DNA of 63,821 bases, counting the filler, from Blastocystis sp. subtype 4 (taxonomy: Eukaryota), in assembly GCF_000743755.1 (NCBI RefSeq). It is 3 parts of 3 records of this genome, joined end to end, with 100 filler letters (N's around TTAATTAATTAA, not from the genome) between each part and the next. Parts side by side here need not be neighbours in the genome. Positions count along the whole stretch, not along the records: positions 1 to 30,073 come from NW_014569384.1; 2 more parts are not named here. One strand, written 5' to 3'. The stretch's first letter is position 1. The number at the start of each line of letters is the position of its first letter. This document shows positions 13,388 through 25,784 of this stretch, in pieces. A program made the translations under genes and the position numbers. The notes below the pieces were generated by a model. It saw only the letters and a program-made list of their open reading frames with translations. It was not told the origin of the DNA and did not search any database.

Positions 13388-15290
13388 ATGTTGATGGTAC
13401 TCCTTGTTCTGGGTATTGTCTTGGTAGGTTTCTTTGTTTAAATCAGTTTCTAATTGATAGCTCTAACACGACATGAGTATCTACTTCGGGGTCTCGAGAA
13501 TCTAGGCAACACATGTTATCTTAACAGTTCATTGCAGCTATTAGCTTCATCGAAACCATTTTTGGAGTGTCTCTGTTCTTGTAAATTCTGTCTTGATGAA
13601 GATGACGAAGGACATCTTCAGCAGTCGTGCAGTTTTGTTCTTTCTCTCATTGAAGTCATTGAAAGTATCTGTGGATTTGTAGAAGTACCCTTTCTAGGCA
13701 TTACCTTCAAACCATGCATTATGTCCTTTAGCATTCATTCGTTCTGTCTCACCTTTACAGAGCTAGATAAGTCGTTTGATGATGATGACCAACATGTAGG
13801 TAAGAGTTGGAATACTCAGAAATAGGATGCACTCGAAGCCATTCAGAGCATCATGGAGTTGCTTGAAAAGGATATTGATCGAATCAATGAACGGCGACAG
13901 CAGCAATGGGCATTTCGTAGCTCTGTTCAACAGATTGTTTCTGATACCAATCATAATGATACTTGTATAGGTGATGATAGTGCTTGATTGTAGTCATTCC
14001 CATTTCGATTCCTACTTCTGGACTTTTGTCAAGTTTAATTATTTGTTCTCGTTGTGGTTCGAGACGTCAAATCAATAGCACTCCTTTTTTCTCTCTTTCG
14101 ATTCCTATTGTTGATGCTCCTTGGTGGCGAGTGGATCCAACCTGCCGTCAGTGTTACAAGAATCTCTTTAAGCAATTTGATATAGCTTCTTCGTGCTCAA
14201 ATCCGGTTCATCCAACTCTTCTCGATTGTCTTCGGGAATTCACTGCCTGCGATGAAGTAGAAGGTGTTTCGTGCAAAGGGTACCCAGTTGTTTGAATTGC
14301 TGACATAGATGTGGTTTACTGAATGCACTTTTGACACAGGATAATCAAGAACAACAAGAGCATTTGATCCAATCGCTTCACCGAGTACGGTCTTCTCATG
14401 ATCTTGAAGAAGATGTAACTATGGAAGTAAAAGAAGGAAGAGGAACAATCCAGAAATATGAGCTAATTGGTCGGCCTCCGCGAACACTCCTTCTTCATCT
14501 TCAAAGGAAAGTCTTATCGTATGTGTTTGAATTGTTATTCACTCACAGGAGGTATAGTCCCTTTAATACTAAATGTAATCAGTTGGTTGAGTTTCCCATT
14601 CAATTTGACCTACGTGAATACTGTCTCTTTTCTCAAGTTTTAGTTATTGAATGGAGTCATCTTTAGTCAGTTCCTTCTTCTCATGCTCGGACTCTCATGA
14701 AGGATTCAACATCTCAGCGAGAGGAGAGACGTTTGAAGCGAGTAGCTTCATGGAAAGAAGCAGTACATGGAGAATTATCGGAAGAAACAATACAAACATT
14801 TGAAAAGTACTTTACTGGAGGTGAGGAGTATGGTACATCAAGGAGTCGAAGTGGTAGTATCGATAGTTGTGGAAGCAGTTATGAAGATGTCTATGAAATT
14901 AAGGATGAGAATGCTCTTTCATTTAGTGATGAGGAGATGGATCAGTCCACTCAAACAAGTGTGTTTCAAGACAACCTTTCTTATCATCCTTATGTGAATG
15001 ATAATCCATTTCGAGGAGGAGGTGTTCCATTGATATACAGTATTACAGCAGTTATTCATCACTTGGGAAGTGGATTGGGAGGTCATTATGTATGTTACCG
15101 AAGGATACGGAGAGAAAAGGAAGATAAATGGTACTTGATGAATGATCAAATTGTGAAGGAAGTGAACTGGAGTGATGTAAATACAAACAACATTTATATG
15201 GTTCAATACGAATTGGAACAAGATAACTATCACTGTTTTCGAACAAACAGAATACTAAGAAAGAACAATTATCTAGAGCAGTCGTTATAA
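13388..15290 (+). CDS. Ubiquitin-specific protease (C19) with N-terminal hydrophobic anchor, USP30-like
   Basis: Cys box GLENLGNTCYLNSSLQ, His box HHLGSGLGGHYVCYRR..WYLMND; first exon MLMVLLVLGIVL; true end may be 15229 via poly(A)-made stop. Confidence 0.85.
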
Positions 15291-15587
15291 TCTTGAACAA
15301 AAAACCCTCGCTACCACAATGATAAAGAGGCTCAACACCAAGAAAAACAATATCTGCACTACAGTAAGAGAAAACCGATGAACCAGTCTCTCTGTCGCAA
15401 GTGCAAACATGGAAAAACCTCAGAAAACACAAACTTACCTCAACAATTGCTTATAGAACAAAATGTGTGGTTCAAGACATGAAACTAGAATCACGGGGAT
15501 TGATTATTTCATTGTAGGCAAGTCTCTTGTGTTATCTAAGTACATCAAGAGGGTAGATATAGAACAAACAAAACAATAAAACTACAA

Positions 15588-15887
15588 TTAGACATTATCA
15601 TTAGGAGCAAGGTATATAACTAGAAATAAAGCATATAATCGAAAGGTACCATTATTACCACGAATAAAACAATCGTTATAACGACTCTTGAACTCGTCAT
15701 TCTCATATTCTTCGGCTTGTTCCAAGACGACATTCATATAGCCATCAAGACATGTTAGAACTCCTAAAAATCAATAATAAAGAGAGTATCCACCCTTGTA
15801 AACCAATCCCGAGTACAACTTGACAATAACGGGTCTGCCATATATGAATTTAACAAAATCGGTGGGAGATTTCTTCTCAGTAGACAT
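15588..15887 (-). CDS. LSM6: U6 snRNA-associated Sm-like protein LSm6 (not in ORF track)
   Basis: Spliced: MSTEKKSPTDFVKFIYGRPVIVKLYSGLVYKGVLTCLDGYMNVVLEQAEEY..YNDCFIRGNNVIYLAP; two introns; TGTTTGTT downstream. Confidence 0.9.
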
Positions 15888-15963
15888 GGAGTGTAAACAG
15901 ATTGGTTTCGTTTGGATATATGAGATTGGTTTCATATAGGTAATGTATCGGCATCCTTTCAGT

Positions 15964-16035
15964 GGCCTGCTGGTCTAGTGGTATGATTCTCGCTTAGGGT
16001 GCGAGAGGTCACGGGTTCGATTCCCGTGTAGGCCC
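15964..16035 (+). tRNA. tRNA-Pro(AGG)
   Basis: GGCCTGC/GTAGGCC acceptor stem, TGGTCTAGTGG D arm, CTCGC-TTAGGGT-GCGAG anticodon arm, GTTCGATTC T loop. Confidence 0.96.
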
Positions 16036-16079
16036 TTCTTTTGTTCAGTTCAATAGATCTTTTCATTTTCCTCTTTTGA

Positions 16080-17881
16080 ATGGATCCTAATCCGAAGTAG
16101 GAGTAGGTTGATGTGTCTGACATTTAAGTGTTTCGCAGAGATTACAGTTGAAGTGTTCTCTGTGCCAAAGGATGGTTGATGAAGATAAGACTGATTACCA
16201 TATAAGTGTTTGTCCAGCAAAATCTAGTCCTGTGAGTCTTATTATCTGCGTACTTATTTGTAGGAGGATATTCCCCAGTTTTTAAGTGTTTCTGGGGTCA
16301 GTGATGTCAATGAAATGGATATTTCCCAGTTTGATTCTATTGGTATTGCATGTGTTTTGCAGGAATGAGTTTTAGCTGGAAATCCTTCAGATGATCGTTC
16401 TGAGAGACTTCGACAAGCACGGTTGGAAAATGAAGAGTATAAGAAACGAGTTCGTGAGGAGAGAGAGAAACGACATCAGGAGGAAGAGGAGCGTCTTCAG
16501 AAACTGAAAGAAGAAGCAAATGCAGAGGCGGAGAGGTTGTTTGCATCTCAGGATGTTAAACAGAAAGAGAAGGAACACTCTGCGATAAAGGTGCGGAAAT
16601 TGGTACCAAAAATGAAGGATACTGTGGATCGTGAGCGTGTTAAGATCGATGAGGAATTACAACAACAAGAGGAATTAGAACATATTGAGTCCCTATTTGC
16701 TGCTCGTGCCGAGAAGTTAAGAAGGGAAGAAGAAGAACGCGAACGCCTTGAGGCAGAGAAACGACGACTTGAAGAGGAAGAACGTGAACGTGCTGAGGAA
16801 GAGAAGCGTAAACTTGAACAAGAAGAAAGAATTAAACGTGAGGAAGAGGAGTTGAAGCGTCGTGAGGAGGAGAAACGACTCGCCGCTGAGGAGGCACGCA
16901 AAGCAGAGGAAGCAGCTCGTGTTGCTGCAGAGAATGCTCGTAGTAAGGAGTAGTTGGAAGGCGTGATTAGTAGTTGATGAGATGAGACAACGATTGCTCA
17001 AGGGAATTAAATGTATGAAGTCTTGTCGTAAGGGCAAGCCTCATAAGTCTGTTCTTTATGTAATTGATGGAATGGTTCTAGTACTTGGAGTTTCTGATGA
17101 ATAGGTTCTGTGGAAACGAAAGTGGTTCCATTTTGGTAACGGTAAGATCGCAGTGACAGCAATCACTGAAGTCACTGTAGTTGATACTACCATTACAATC
17201 AAAGCAGATCGTGAGTTGATTGTGACAATCCCAGAGGCAGAGGATATTGCTATGACATTGCTGAGAGTACGAGATGAGTTGTTGAAGAAGATGGAAGAGG
17301 TTCGTAATACGGAAGGGAAGTCTGAAGAGTTTGCGGTTGAAGAATCAAAGCCTAAAGAGTCTGTTACTGAAGAATCGAAATCTGAGGAACCTGTTGTTGA
17401 AGAACTGAAGCCTGAGGAACCAGTGACCGAAGAGGTAAAGCCTGAAGAGCCTATGGCAGAAGAATCAAAACCTGAGGAACCTATGGTTGAGGAATCAAAG
17501 TCTGGAGAGTCTGTAACTGAAGAAACAAAGCCTGAAGTGCCTGTGGCTGAAGAACTGAAACATGAGGAACCAGTGATTGAAGAAACAAAGCCTGAAGAGC
17601 CTGTAACTGAAGAATCGAAATCTGAGGAACCTGTAGTTGAGGAATCAAAATCTCAAGAAGCTGTGATTGAAGAAACAAAGTCTGAAGAACCTATGGCAGA
17701 AGAATCAAAATCTGAGGAACCTGTAGTTGAGGAATCGAAGTCTGGAGAGTCCGTGACTGAAGAAACAAGACCTGAAGTGCCTGTGGCTGAAGAATCAAAA
17801 TCTGAAGAATCTGTTGTTAAAGAGACAAAATATGAGGAACCTGTGGCTGAAGAGACAAAGCCTCATAAGGAGATGTCATGA
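16080..17881 (+). CDS. Coiled-coil (E/R/K) protein with PH-like segment and acidic 11-aa tandem repeats
   Basis: ORFs 16423-16953 and 17153-17881 joined by micro-introns; KSCRKGKPHK..LWK segment; start approximate. Confidence 0.6.
17320..17865 (+). repeat. Coding 33-nt tandem repeat (EE[ST]K[PS]EEPV[VAT]), about 16 copies
   Basis: Recurrent GAAGAATCAAAATCTGAGGAACCTGT variants at 33-nt spacing, in frame. Confidence 0.9.
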
Positions 17882-18205
17882 AGGACTTGTAATCTCGGTA
17901 TTTGACTTAATTAGTTATTTCTAACAAGATCATTATTAAGATTAATATGGTTTCATATTCTTTTGTTTCTTATCAACAGGAGAATACCAATGAGGTTTTA
18001 ATCAATTGTAAAATGCAACCTTGTATTCTCATTGTGAATACTATTCTCTCAGAAAGAGAACTGTTACAATTACAATCACTGATCTCGGTTATTAACTTCA
18101 GTCAAGTACTCAAGAAATTTCCAGAATATTCTTGATAATCTCCAAACCAACTCACAGAGTGTCTAACCATTCTTTCATTATATTATTCAATTTGATTCAA
18201 GCTAA

Positions 18206-18657
18206 ATGGAAACAGAGTTTCAAGATTGGACCCCCGTGGTATTGACCAAGCGACACTACAAACAAACTGATCCTATGAAGAAGAAAGTGAATATTGCTCG
18301 TCGTCTCGACATTCCTGTTACTACTATGATGAAATATGATGCTGGCAAGAATCGAAGTGATACTGGAGTGCCATATACTTATCTACACAAAGTAGAAGAT
18401 GAGGAAGAAGTATATTCTGTCCCTAAGGTGGGTCTTTCCTTCCGTCTTCGCCTTCAAAAGGCTCGACAAAATAAGAATCTGACTCAAAAAGAGTTGGCAG
18501 CTGTAAGTCATTTTGAAGGTATGCTGATATCTAGAGATTGAATGTCAAAGCATCTATTATCCAGGATTATGAATCTGGAAAGGTTGTCCCCAACAACGCT
18601 CTTATCAGTAAAATGGAACATATTTTGGGAGCTAAGTTGAGAGACAGAAACAACTAA
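18206..18657 (+). CDS. MBF1: Multiprotein bridging factor 1
   Basis: QDWTPVVL..KYDAGKN..LQKARQNKNLTQKELA, intron, IIQDYESGKVVPNNALISKMEHILGAKLR. Confidence 0.92.
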
Positions 18658-18704
18658 ATGTAATATAAGATGCTATTCAATTGATTGTTCCAAACAAACA
18701 AAGT

Positions 18705-19257
18705 ACCATACTAAAGATACTATTCGCTGAATTAGATGAGTTTCACGTGGAAATAATGACTTCAACAATCCAGCTAAAGTGAATCCATATTCTATAGGTT
18801 CAAATAGATGTTAAACGTCTACGCTGACCAACTATCGTAAGTACAATCCATAGAAAAACGAATACGAGAATAACATTTAAGAACCGACCGATATCAGGAG
18901 GATTCCGTTTCATTTTGTTGGATGGCTCCCGTTCTATAGCATCTGACTCCTTGTCTTCAGTCTTGTGATTCATCGTATCATTAGTATTTTTCACTTCAGA
19001 ACTATTTGTTTCAGATGAGCTACTATCAGATTTGGGTTTCGATACTCCATATCTACAAACAATGGATTCATAGAATACGTACGGTGAGAGAACAAACAAG
19101 AGAAACAATCCTGTGGCAATTCCTGCAACATAGAAGGGAAAAACAGGTCTCATCACCTCGATTCCACTAATGATGAAATCCTATAAAGGATGAGATGCAA
19201 AGAATGTGCAACACTCAACGCAGTTGGAACCATTGCTTGATAACAATAAGATACCAT
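18705..19257 (-). CDS. Small two-TM membrane protein, unknown; stop probably completed by poly(A)
   Basis: Two hydrophobic helices in ORF 18800-19156; last exon YGFTLAGLLKSLFPRETHLIQRIVSLVW then in-frame T 4 nt before TGTTTGTT. Confidence 0.6.
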
Positions 19258-19345
19258 AGAGTCGTTTCAACAGCAATATTGTTCGTATTTCTGGTATTTA
19301 TATAAAGTCTGTTGTTGCGAATCCAATCGTTTATTGATCAGTGTG

Positions 19346-20501
19346 ATGGAACTTCTGACGTGGAGTGGGGAATGTGTGGGGGCTTCCCTTTCCATTGAAC
19401 TTGATGTTGAGAGTTTGCATCCTATTGGATACAAGATAATTAACGAAGAACGGTACCCAATTCTTTTGGTAGTCCTTTGATCTGGTTATTCACATTAGGG
19501 TGGTAAGGAGTATTCTTTTCTCGGTACTGCTTCTATTCATTCCAAAGATCGGAATGGATACCGGTTGGATAGTGCACAAGTCATTGTGGTAAATCTCATG
19601 ACAAGTGTATCAGAGAATGACCAAAACAAGGAAATACCTATCAGTGAGGTAAATTGTCCTCTGGAGTATGAGACAGTTGTACATGGAATCACTGTAATAC
19701 TAACAATTGATATCGATTATAGGATCTTCCTTTTCGACTCGATGGTATTAAGACTTCATTTGATTCCTATAATGGAATCATCACTTCCATGATTTATCAG
19801 CTTGTATTCTTACATACTACACATAAAGGATCTGTTGCAGCACTTCATATTCCATTTTTCGTTCATTTTCCAATGCCTGTACTTGTCTTCATTTTCTCTT
19901 ATCTAGCTCCCACCAGTGGTAACAAGTCTTTCTGAAACACTTGGACTCTTTGATTTGCTTCAATTTGAAATCCATTTGGATCGTACGGTATTTACAGTAA
20001 ACGACATCATTACTGGTTGGATCCGGATTATTACTGCCAAATGTTTGCTGCTGGGAATGACTCTTCGTCTCAAAAGGATTGAAAGTACAACATTCGAGAG
20101 TAAGACGCTTGATTCACTGAATACCTAGAAAGTGATGGAAGAAAGGAAGTTGTTAAAAAGTCAGTACTTCTAGATCCTATCGAAGTTATTGATACCATCT
20201 ATCCAGTTGTATCTTCAATTCACGAGGATCGGAAAGGAGTCAGTGAAGTTTCCTTTTCTGCAATAGATGAAGTCACTGATGAGGATGCTGGAAGGATCCC
20301 TTTTCGCATGTTTATTCGTGAAGAGGATGAAGTCTGTCCTTGCTATAGTCAAGTGAAGAATCGTTTATCAGTTGATGTACGACTATGGAATATGTGTGAT
20401 GTAGTGGCAACTAGTAATCAGTGTTCATGATAAGGGTGCTGGTGAATATGTTCAATATATAGATATTGACATTGTACGTGGAGACATTATGTGTATGAAT
20501 T
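19346..20501 (+). CDS. Divergent VPS26/arrestin-fold protein; stop probably completed by poly(A)
   Basis: LLQFEIHLDRTVFTVNDIITGWIRI..MTLRLKRIES, IPFRMFI, P.YSQVKNRLSVDWQLVISV resemble the VPS26 C-terminal half. Confidence 0.65.
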
Positions 20502-20602
20502 GCGTTGTTTGTTATCGGACGAATTCCAAAAAAACCACTTGATTTTGGTTGTTCTACTCTTTCCATCTGTTTCCCATAATCTCCAAGTCGATCAAGAGAT
20601 AA

Positions 20603-23600
20603 ATGAGTTCAAAGGTCTATTTTGTTGTCCTACTCTTATTCAAATAGGCTGTAGTGGAGAAATTGCCCAGACTGCTTAAATCAGCTGCTTCTCTTGGAAC
20701 TGAGTGTTTGAGTCGACGATTCCTTTCTACGGATGCTGCAAATAGTTTAGAAGGGGTTGCAAAGGCTGCTTCGGGAGCAGCTTCTGCAAAACCTACAAAC
20801 AGTGGTGATTCTCCAGCACAGACGACGCCTTCAAATGATAAAAGAGGTGGAAGACGAGGAAACAGAAATTCAAAGGCTCCAAACCCATCTTCCAAGAATA
20901 ACACTGTTGCTGCTGCTGTTGCTGCTAATAATCACGACGATGGAAGCAAGGATTCTGGGAACATTAGACGAGTAACTACTCGTCTTGTCGATAACCATCC
21001 ACTTACAGAAGAAGATAAGGATCCCCACTACTATCTCAGTCATCTTACCAAAGACCAGTTGGACCAAGACATTCCAGTGTTTGAAGAAGAACGACAAGAA
21101 TTCCCTGATGTGTATTCGGAGACTCGCAAGGTTACTACTACAGACATTTATGGGCATGAGATCGTCGAGATCCAACATATTCCAAGCAAGAGAGAACAGG
21201 AGCTCAACAATCTTGGATTCATGTTTCCAGATGAGCAGATGTTTGGTGTGAATCATCTCACTCCTCCAGTGATTGGAAATGGTCCAAAACTCCCCGAAAG
21301 TACGAATCAAGGTCGTTCTCGTTCTCGTGAGGAAGATGATCGGGGTTCGTTCGAGTCTGTTCAACGTGATGGCGAACTGTTAGAAGGAACCCCTCTAAAA
21401 CCTGGCACTGATAAGCAGATGGAGTTGGACTATCACAATCACATCCGTAATATGTTCGCTCATGCATCACGTCGTCAACGTCGTCGACTGGAACTGGGTT
21501 ATGATTATCGAGATGTTAGGAACAGTCAGCCATGGGTAGATACTCATCGTATTGAGGCTATTGATGCTCGTCTCCGTGACTTGCATGAACAGCGAGATGA
21601 TGGAACTTTAGAGTATCCTCTTGAGAAGGATGCAGCAATGGAAGCTCAGCGGATTCGTGCAGAAGAGAAAGAAGCAATTGATGCAATCCGCAAGGCGATC
21701 GGAGTGAAAGAAGATGAACCTCTGGGTGATTCGTATTTGTTCAAGGATGATGATAAGAAGCCTGGAGTTCAGATCCGAGGTCGATATGTGAATCGTCGTT
21801 TGATTCATAAACCAGTGGTTATCCAGCCTACCGAGAACGATCCTGAACTCGATGCAATGGATGTCTATTCGATTCCAGTAGAGAAGCTGTATCAGGCTCG
21901 CCGACAAGAGCTGGAGCGAATCCGAGCTGTGAACTATGAAGATTTTGATTTATCATATCTGTTGCAACAGAGTGGAAAGCCAATGGATCGTTCTGATGGA
22001 GCTCGTTCGCTCTATGAGAAGCGCCATGGACATAGTGATACGAATCGTCTTCCTACTGAGGAAGAGAAGGAGAATCCGATTATAGGAGCCAAGTTCTTGC
22101 CGAAGTATTTGACTGGTGAAGAGAAGGCTGAATTAGGACAGAAGTTGGTGGCCTACGAGAAGTATAGTTCTTTGAGTCCAGATGATGCTGTGTCGTTCTA
22201 TAGCCCTTATCTCCAAGTTCTTACCCCTGAAATGATCGAAGCTGAGAAGAAAGTGAAGGAAGAAAAGAATCAGGAGAAGGAGAATGCGTCTTCTCCAAGT
22301 AGTCTCTTTGAAAAACCAGCAGATTTCAATCCTTCGCTTGCAGAAGGATCTGAAGCAACCACCACTGAAGTTCAGGGTTCTCAGTTCAATGTGAATCCAG
22401 AGATGGATCAACTTCAACGTGATCCCAATAAACCTCTTCAAGACTATGAAGTAGCTTTAAATGAACAAGGTGATGTTATGTTTGCATGGAGTAAGTATCA
22501 AAGACCTCGTCCTGATTACCTACAAGACAAGGATATGTTTATGAAAGGAGTAGAAAATGTAATGAGAACAACCGAAATCTCTGAGGAGGATGAGAAGAAG
22601 GTACGAGATATGAAATTGGAACAGAAGGATATTGAAGGAATGCGAAAGAATATGGGTCTCCCTGAGGATCTGTCAGAAAAGGCTTTCCATAAGCGGTATC
22701 TTCGTGGTATGCGTCGTGCGAATGATATGGGAAATCTTGTGACAGAGGTAATGACTGGATACACCTTGGATCATCCTGAAGAGATATTGAAGGATCTGGG
22801 TTTGGACACGGATGAAGGTGTTGAGGATTATCTGATGGATACCTTCAAGCCTCATCAGGAGTCTACGGATCTGTTGATTCCACCAGAACAGCGAGAAGCA
22901 ATGAAGCTTCTGAAGGAAGCCAAGAAGGTGCTGAAGGAAACTGAGGACATGATTGCTGCAAAGAAGGATACTGGGGCTGCTGAAGGAGGAAAGGAAAATG
23001 AAGCAGGTGCTCCTGCTGAAGCTGAGAAGAAGGAAGGAGAGACAACTGAGAAGAAGGAAGGAGAGACGACTGAGAAGACAGAGAATGAGGCTCCTGCAAG
23101 TGAAACTGATAAGAAAGAAGGCGAGACTCCTGCTGAAGCGGAAACGAAAGAGGCTGAAACTCCTGCTACGGAGGAGAAGAAGGAAGTAACAGCTAAGCCA
23201 ACAGAAGCTGATTCATCAGAAGAGGAGGAGAAGTACAGTCCTTATGAGGGAATGTCTCTGTTAGAAGCATATCAACGTCTTCAAGACCGTTACAATGCTG
23301 CAAAGGAAGAAGCGAATAAGGAGGTTCCAACAAGGAACAATCGCGTTATCAGCTCAGGTCATCTGGTAGATGCGTTAGAGCATGCAGATCAGGTGTATGT
23401 CCATGAGAGGGATCGTAAATTGATTCTTCGTTTGTATCAGCAAGGAATGCATCCGAAAGAGATTTCTAAAACATTTGGTTTCATTGAGAGTCGTGTGTAT
23501 GCTATTCTGCGTTTGATGCAGGCTCGTGAAGCCCATAAGAAGGATGGAACGTATTCAGATGAAGTGGTGAAGATGTATGAAGAGAAGGAGAATGTGTTTG

Positions 23601-24037
23601 CGTATGATTATCGTGATATGCCTCCTGCGAAGTACAGAAGCAAGGATACAAGACGTGAAGGAAAGGTTCCTCCATCTGTTCCTCGTTTTGTGTTCTTAGA
23701 AGAGGAAGAAGAAGAGGCGAAGGTGATGCGTGAGATTGATCGGTTGGTTCATAAAAGACGTCATGAACAGTCTCCAACGCTGAATCGAACGGGATTGACG
23801 CTGGGAAAGAGTAAGGAAGGAATAGAGAAGTAATTGGTAGATGGATTAGCGTCTGGATTGCCAAAGCACACTTACAAACTGGCGATCGTGGATATTAGCA
23901 AGGGAGCAAAGAAAACTATGGTAATAAGTGACCATAATGGTAAAGTGCGTCAGGCCACAGAAGAAGAGGAACTGCATCGCAGCTGGAACCGTCACAATAT
24001 GCGCAGCAACGAGTACTTAATGAAAATGGGTTTATAG
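20603..24037 (+). CDS. Large organelle-targeted protein with C-terminal mS45/Bot1-like mitoribosomal motif
   Basis: Presequence-like N-terminus (LPRLLKSAASL..LSRRFLST); RKLILRLYQQGMHPKEISKTFGFIESRVYAILRL resembles the Bot1p/mS45 core; introns 20615-20648 and 23811-23840. Confidence 0.6.
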
Positions 24038-24094
24038 AATGTTTGTTGTATCAGAAACACACTAGAATTCTCTCCAATATACTACTTCTCCGCT

Positions 24095-24551
24095 TTATTC
24101 CTCAACGGTCTTGGTCTGAAGTCCATGGAAGTGAGGAACATCAACAACCTGTACAAGAGTGTAGAACTACACATTTACTCTCTCATTACATTGCCTACGG
24201 TCTTCTCATCCTCTCCCTCTCCATCAACCTTGCGAGCGAGACGCACACGAATACGACGAGGAATGTTGCGAATACCCTTGTTCCAGACATAGTGGTTGAC
24301 AGTAGTATCGATCACAACCTTCTCAGTATTCATAGCCTTCTGAGCGAACTTGCGAATCACATCCATGGCACGAGGAGCCTTTCTCTTGAAAGCACTATAA
24401 AAAATTAGTATTCACTTGAACTGCAAAGACGAATAAAAACAATCAACAGCTCAACAGACAACACTATCACATACACCTTATGGCAAGCCTTATGAAGATT
24501 GATAGTATAGTCACGAGTGACAGGAACCATTTCCTTCTTCTCAGAACTCAT
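24095..24551 (-). CDS. RPL31: 60S ribosomal protein L31
   Basis: [50 protein letters not shown]. Confidence 0.96.
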
Positions 24552-24789
24552 TATTTCTTCAAAGTGGAGAGTAATGATGATTCCAGAGAAAGAAGCAATA
24601 TTCCCCTAGTCATCTCGCTTATATGGAAATTAATACTAGAAATGGAATTTGGGTCCATCCTTTATTAGTTTGGTTTATGAATTATTCTATCATAAGAATA
24701 GACTATGCTTTGAATTCCCAGAATAGAAAAAGGAATTGTAAACAAACATTGGTAACAATCCGGCTAAATGACATTTAGTGACTCTTCAA

Positions 24790-25761
24790 TTACATTAAGA
24801 CACTCTCGATGAATCTGAATAGACAAATTCGAACCATATCTATAATAACAAGGGTGATTAGTAACAACACTTGTTGAACATAATCAATTGCTTTCTTTTC
24901 ATCTGAAACTAGCTTCTGAAGTAGAGACAGGTTATAGTGGCGATTATGCAGTTCCATGATAAGTGTCTACATTAGATAATAGAGTAAGAAGTACTTGCCA
25001 GCGATATAGAGCAGAATAATCTTTGATATGAAGCGAAAAGAACTCTTGATTGTACTTGAGTTCAAACAAGATCTATTTGATATTTCACAGAAAGACTTAC
25101 ATCATCAACAGTATATGATGGGAGGAGAGTCTGCAATGTTGTCCAAGCATAGTAATTCCTTGGATACTTATCACACATTCGATAGCAGTGAATTATCTCA
25201 TTTTTCAAAGTGTCAATTTCTTCATTTCAATTGGAATTTTGACATTTACTCCCAGTTAATGATGCAATGCGTTTTAGTACATATCTCCGATGATCCCAGA
25301 GTTCAGGAACCTTTGGATATTGATCTGAAATGGACACCGACAATAATATCAACCTTGCAAGACACAGATATAATGTAGTTCGTTTACAAGTAGTGATGGA
25401 CTGTCACAAACTAGATCTTTTCTTCGATTATATACGGTATAGTTTCGAGGATTGAGAATACAGTATAGAAACGACTGCATCAAATATGTCTATAACTTAG
25501 AACATATCATATAAGCAACAGTTCCAGCTGATGTTTTCATATTTGTACACAGTTCTGATAGTCTAGATGTGAAACTCACTCCATTCGTTTACAGTTCCTT
25601 GACGATTTTATTACTTATCCCAAGGTGGTTATCCACTAGAAGATAATTCGTATCGATTCCATAAACAATCTCAATTGAGAGTCTGTGGCTCACAATAACA
25701 ATTCTAATCTCTACAAATCACTAAAGTTGCTTATAAGGGAGACCAACTCCTCATACAACAT
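24790..25761 (-). CDS. Probable multi-exon gene of unknown function
   Basis: ATG at 25761 (MLYEELVSLISNFSD), series of ~30-nt GT..AG segments, minus-strand TGTTTGTT at 24741-24748; full model not resolved. Confidence 0.35.
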
Positions 25762-25784
25762 ATCTCTGAAAAGAGAAATGAGCA

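Noticed and set aside
15430..15450. TGT TGA GGT (Cys-Sec-Gly) on minus as another selenoprotein
   Set aside because: No in-frame start and no SECIS found
15430..15510. U1 snRNA (AAACTTACCT) or RNase MRP (CACGGGG) on the plus strand
   Set aside because: No U1 loop I/II or Sm site at the right spacing; no MRP CR-I partner upstream
17320..17865. 33-nt periodic repeat as a CRISPR array
   Set aside because: In-frame degenerate coding repeat with no unique spacers and no cas genes, in a eukaryotic context
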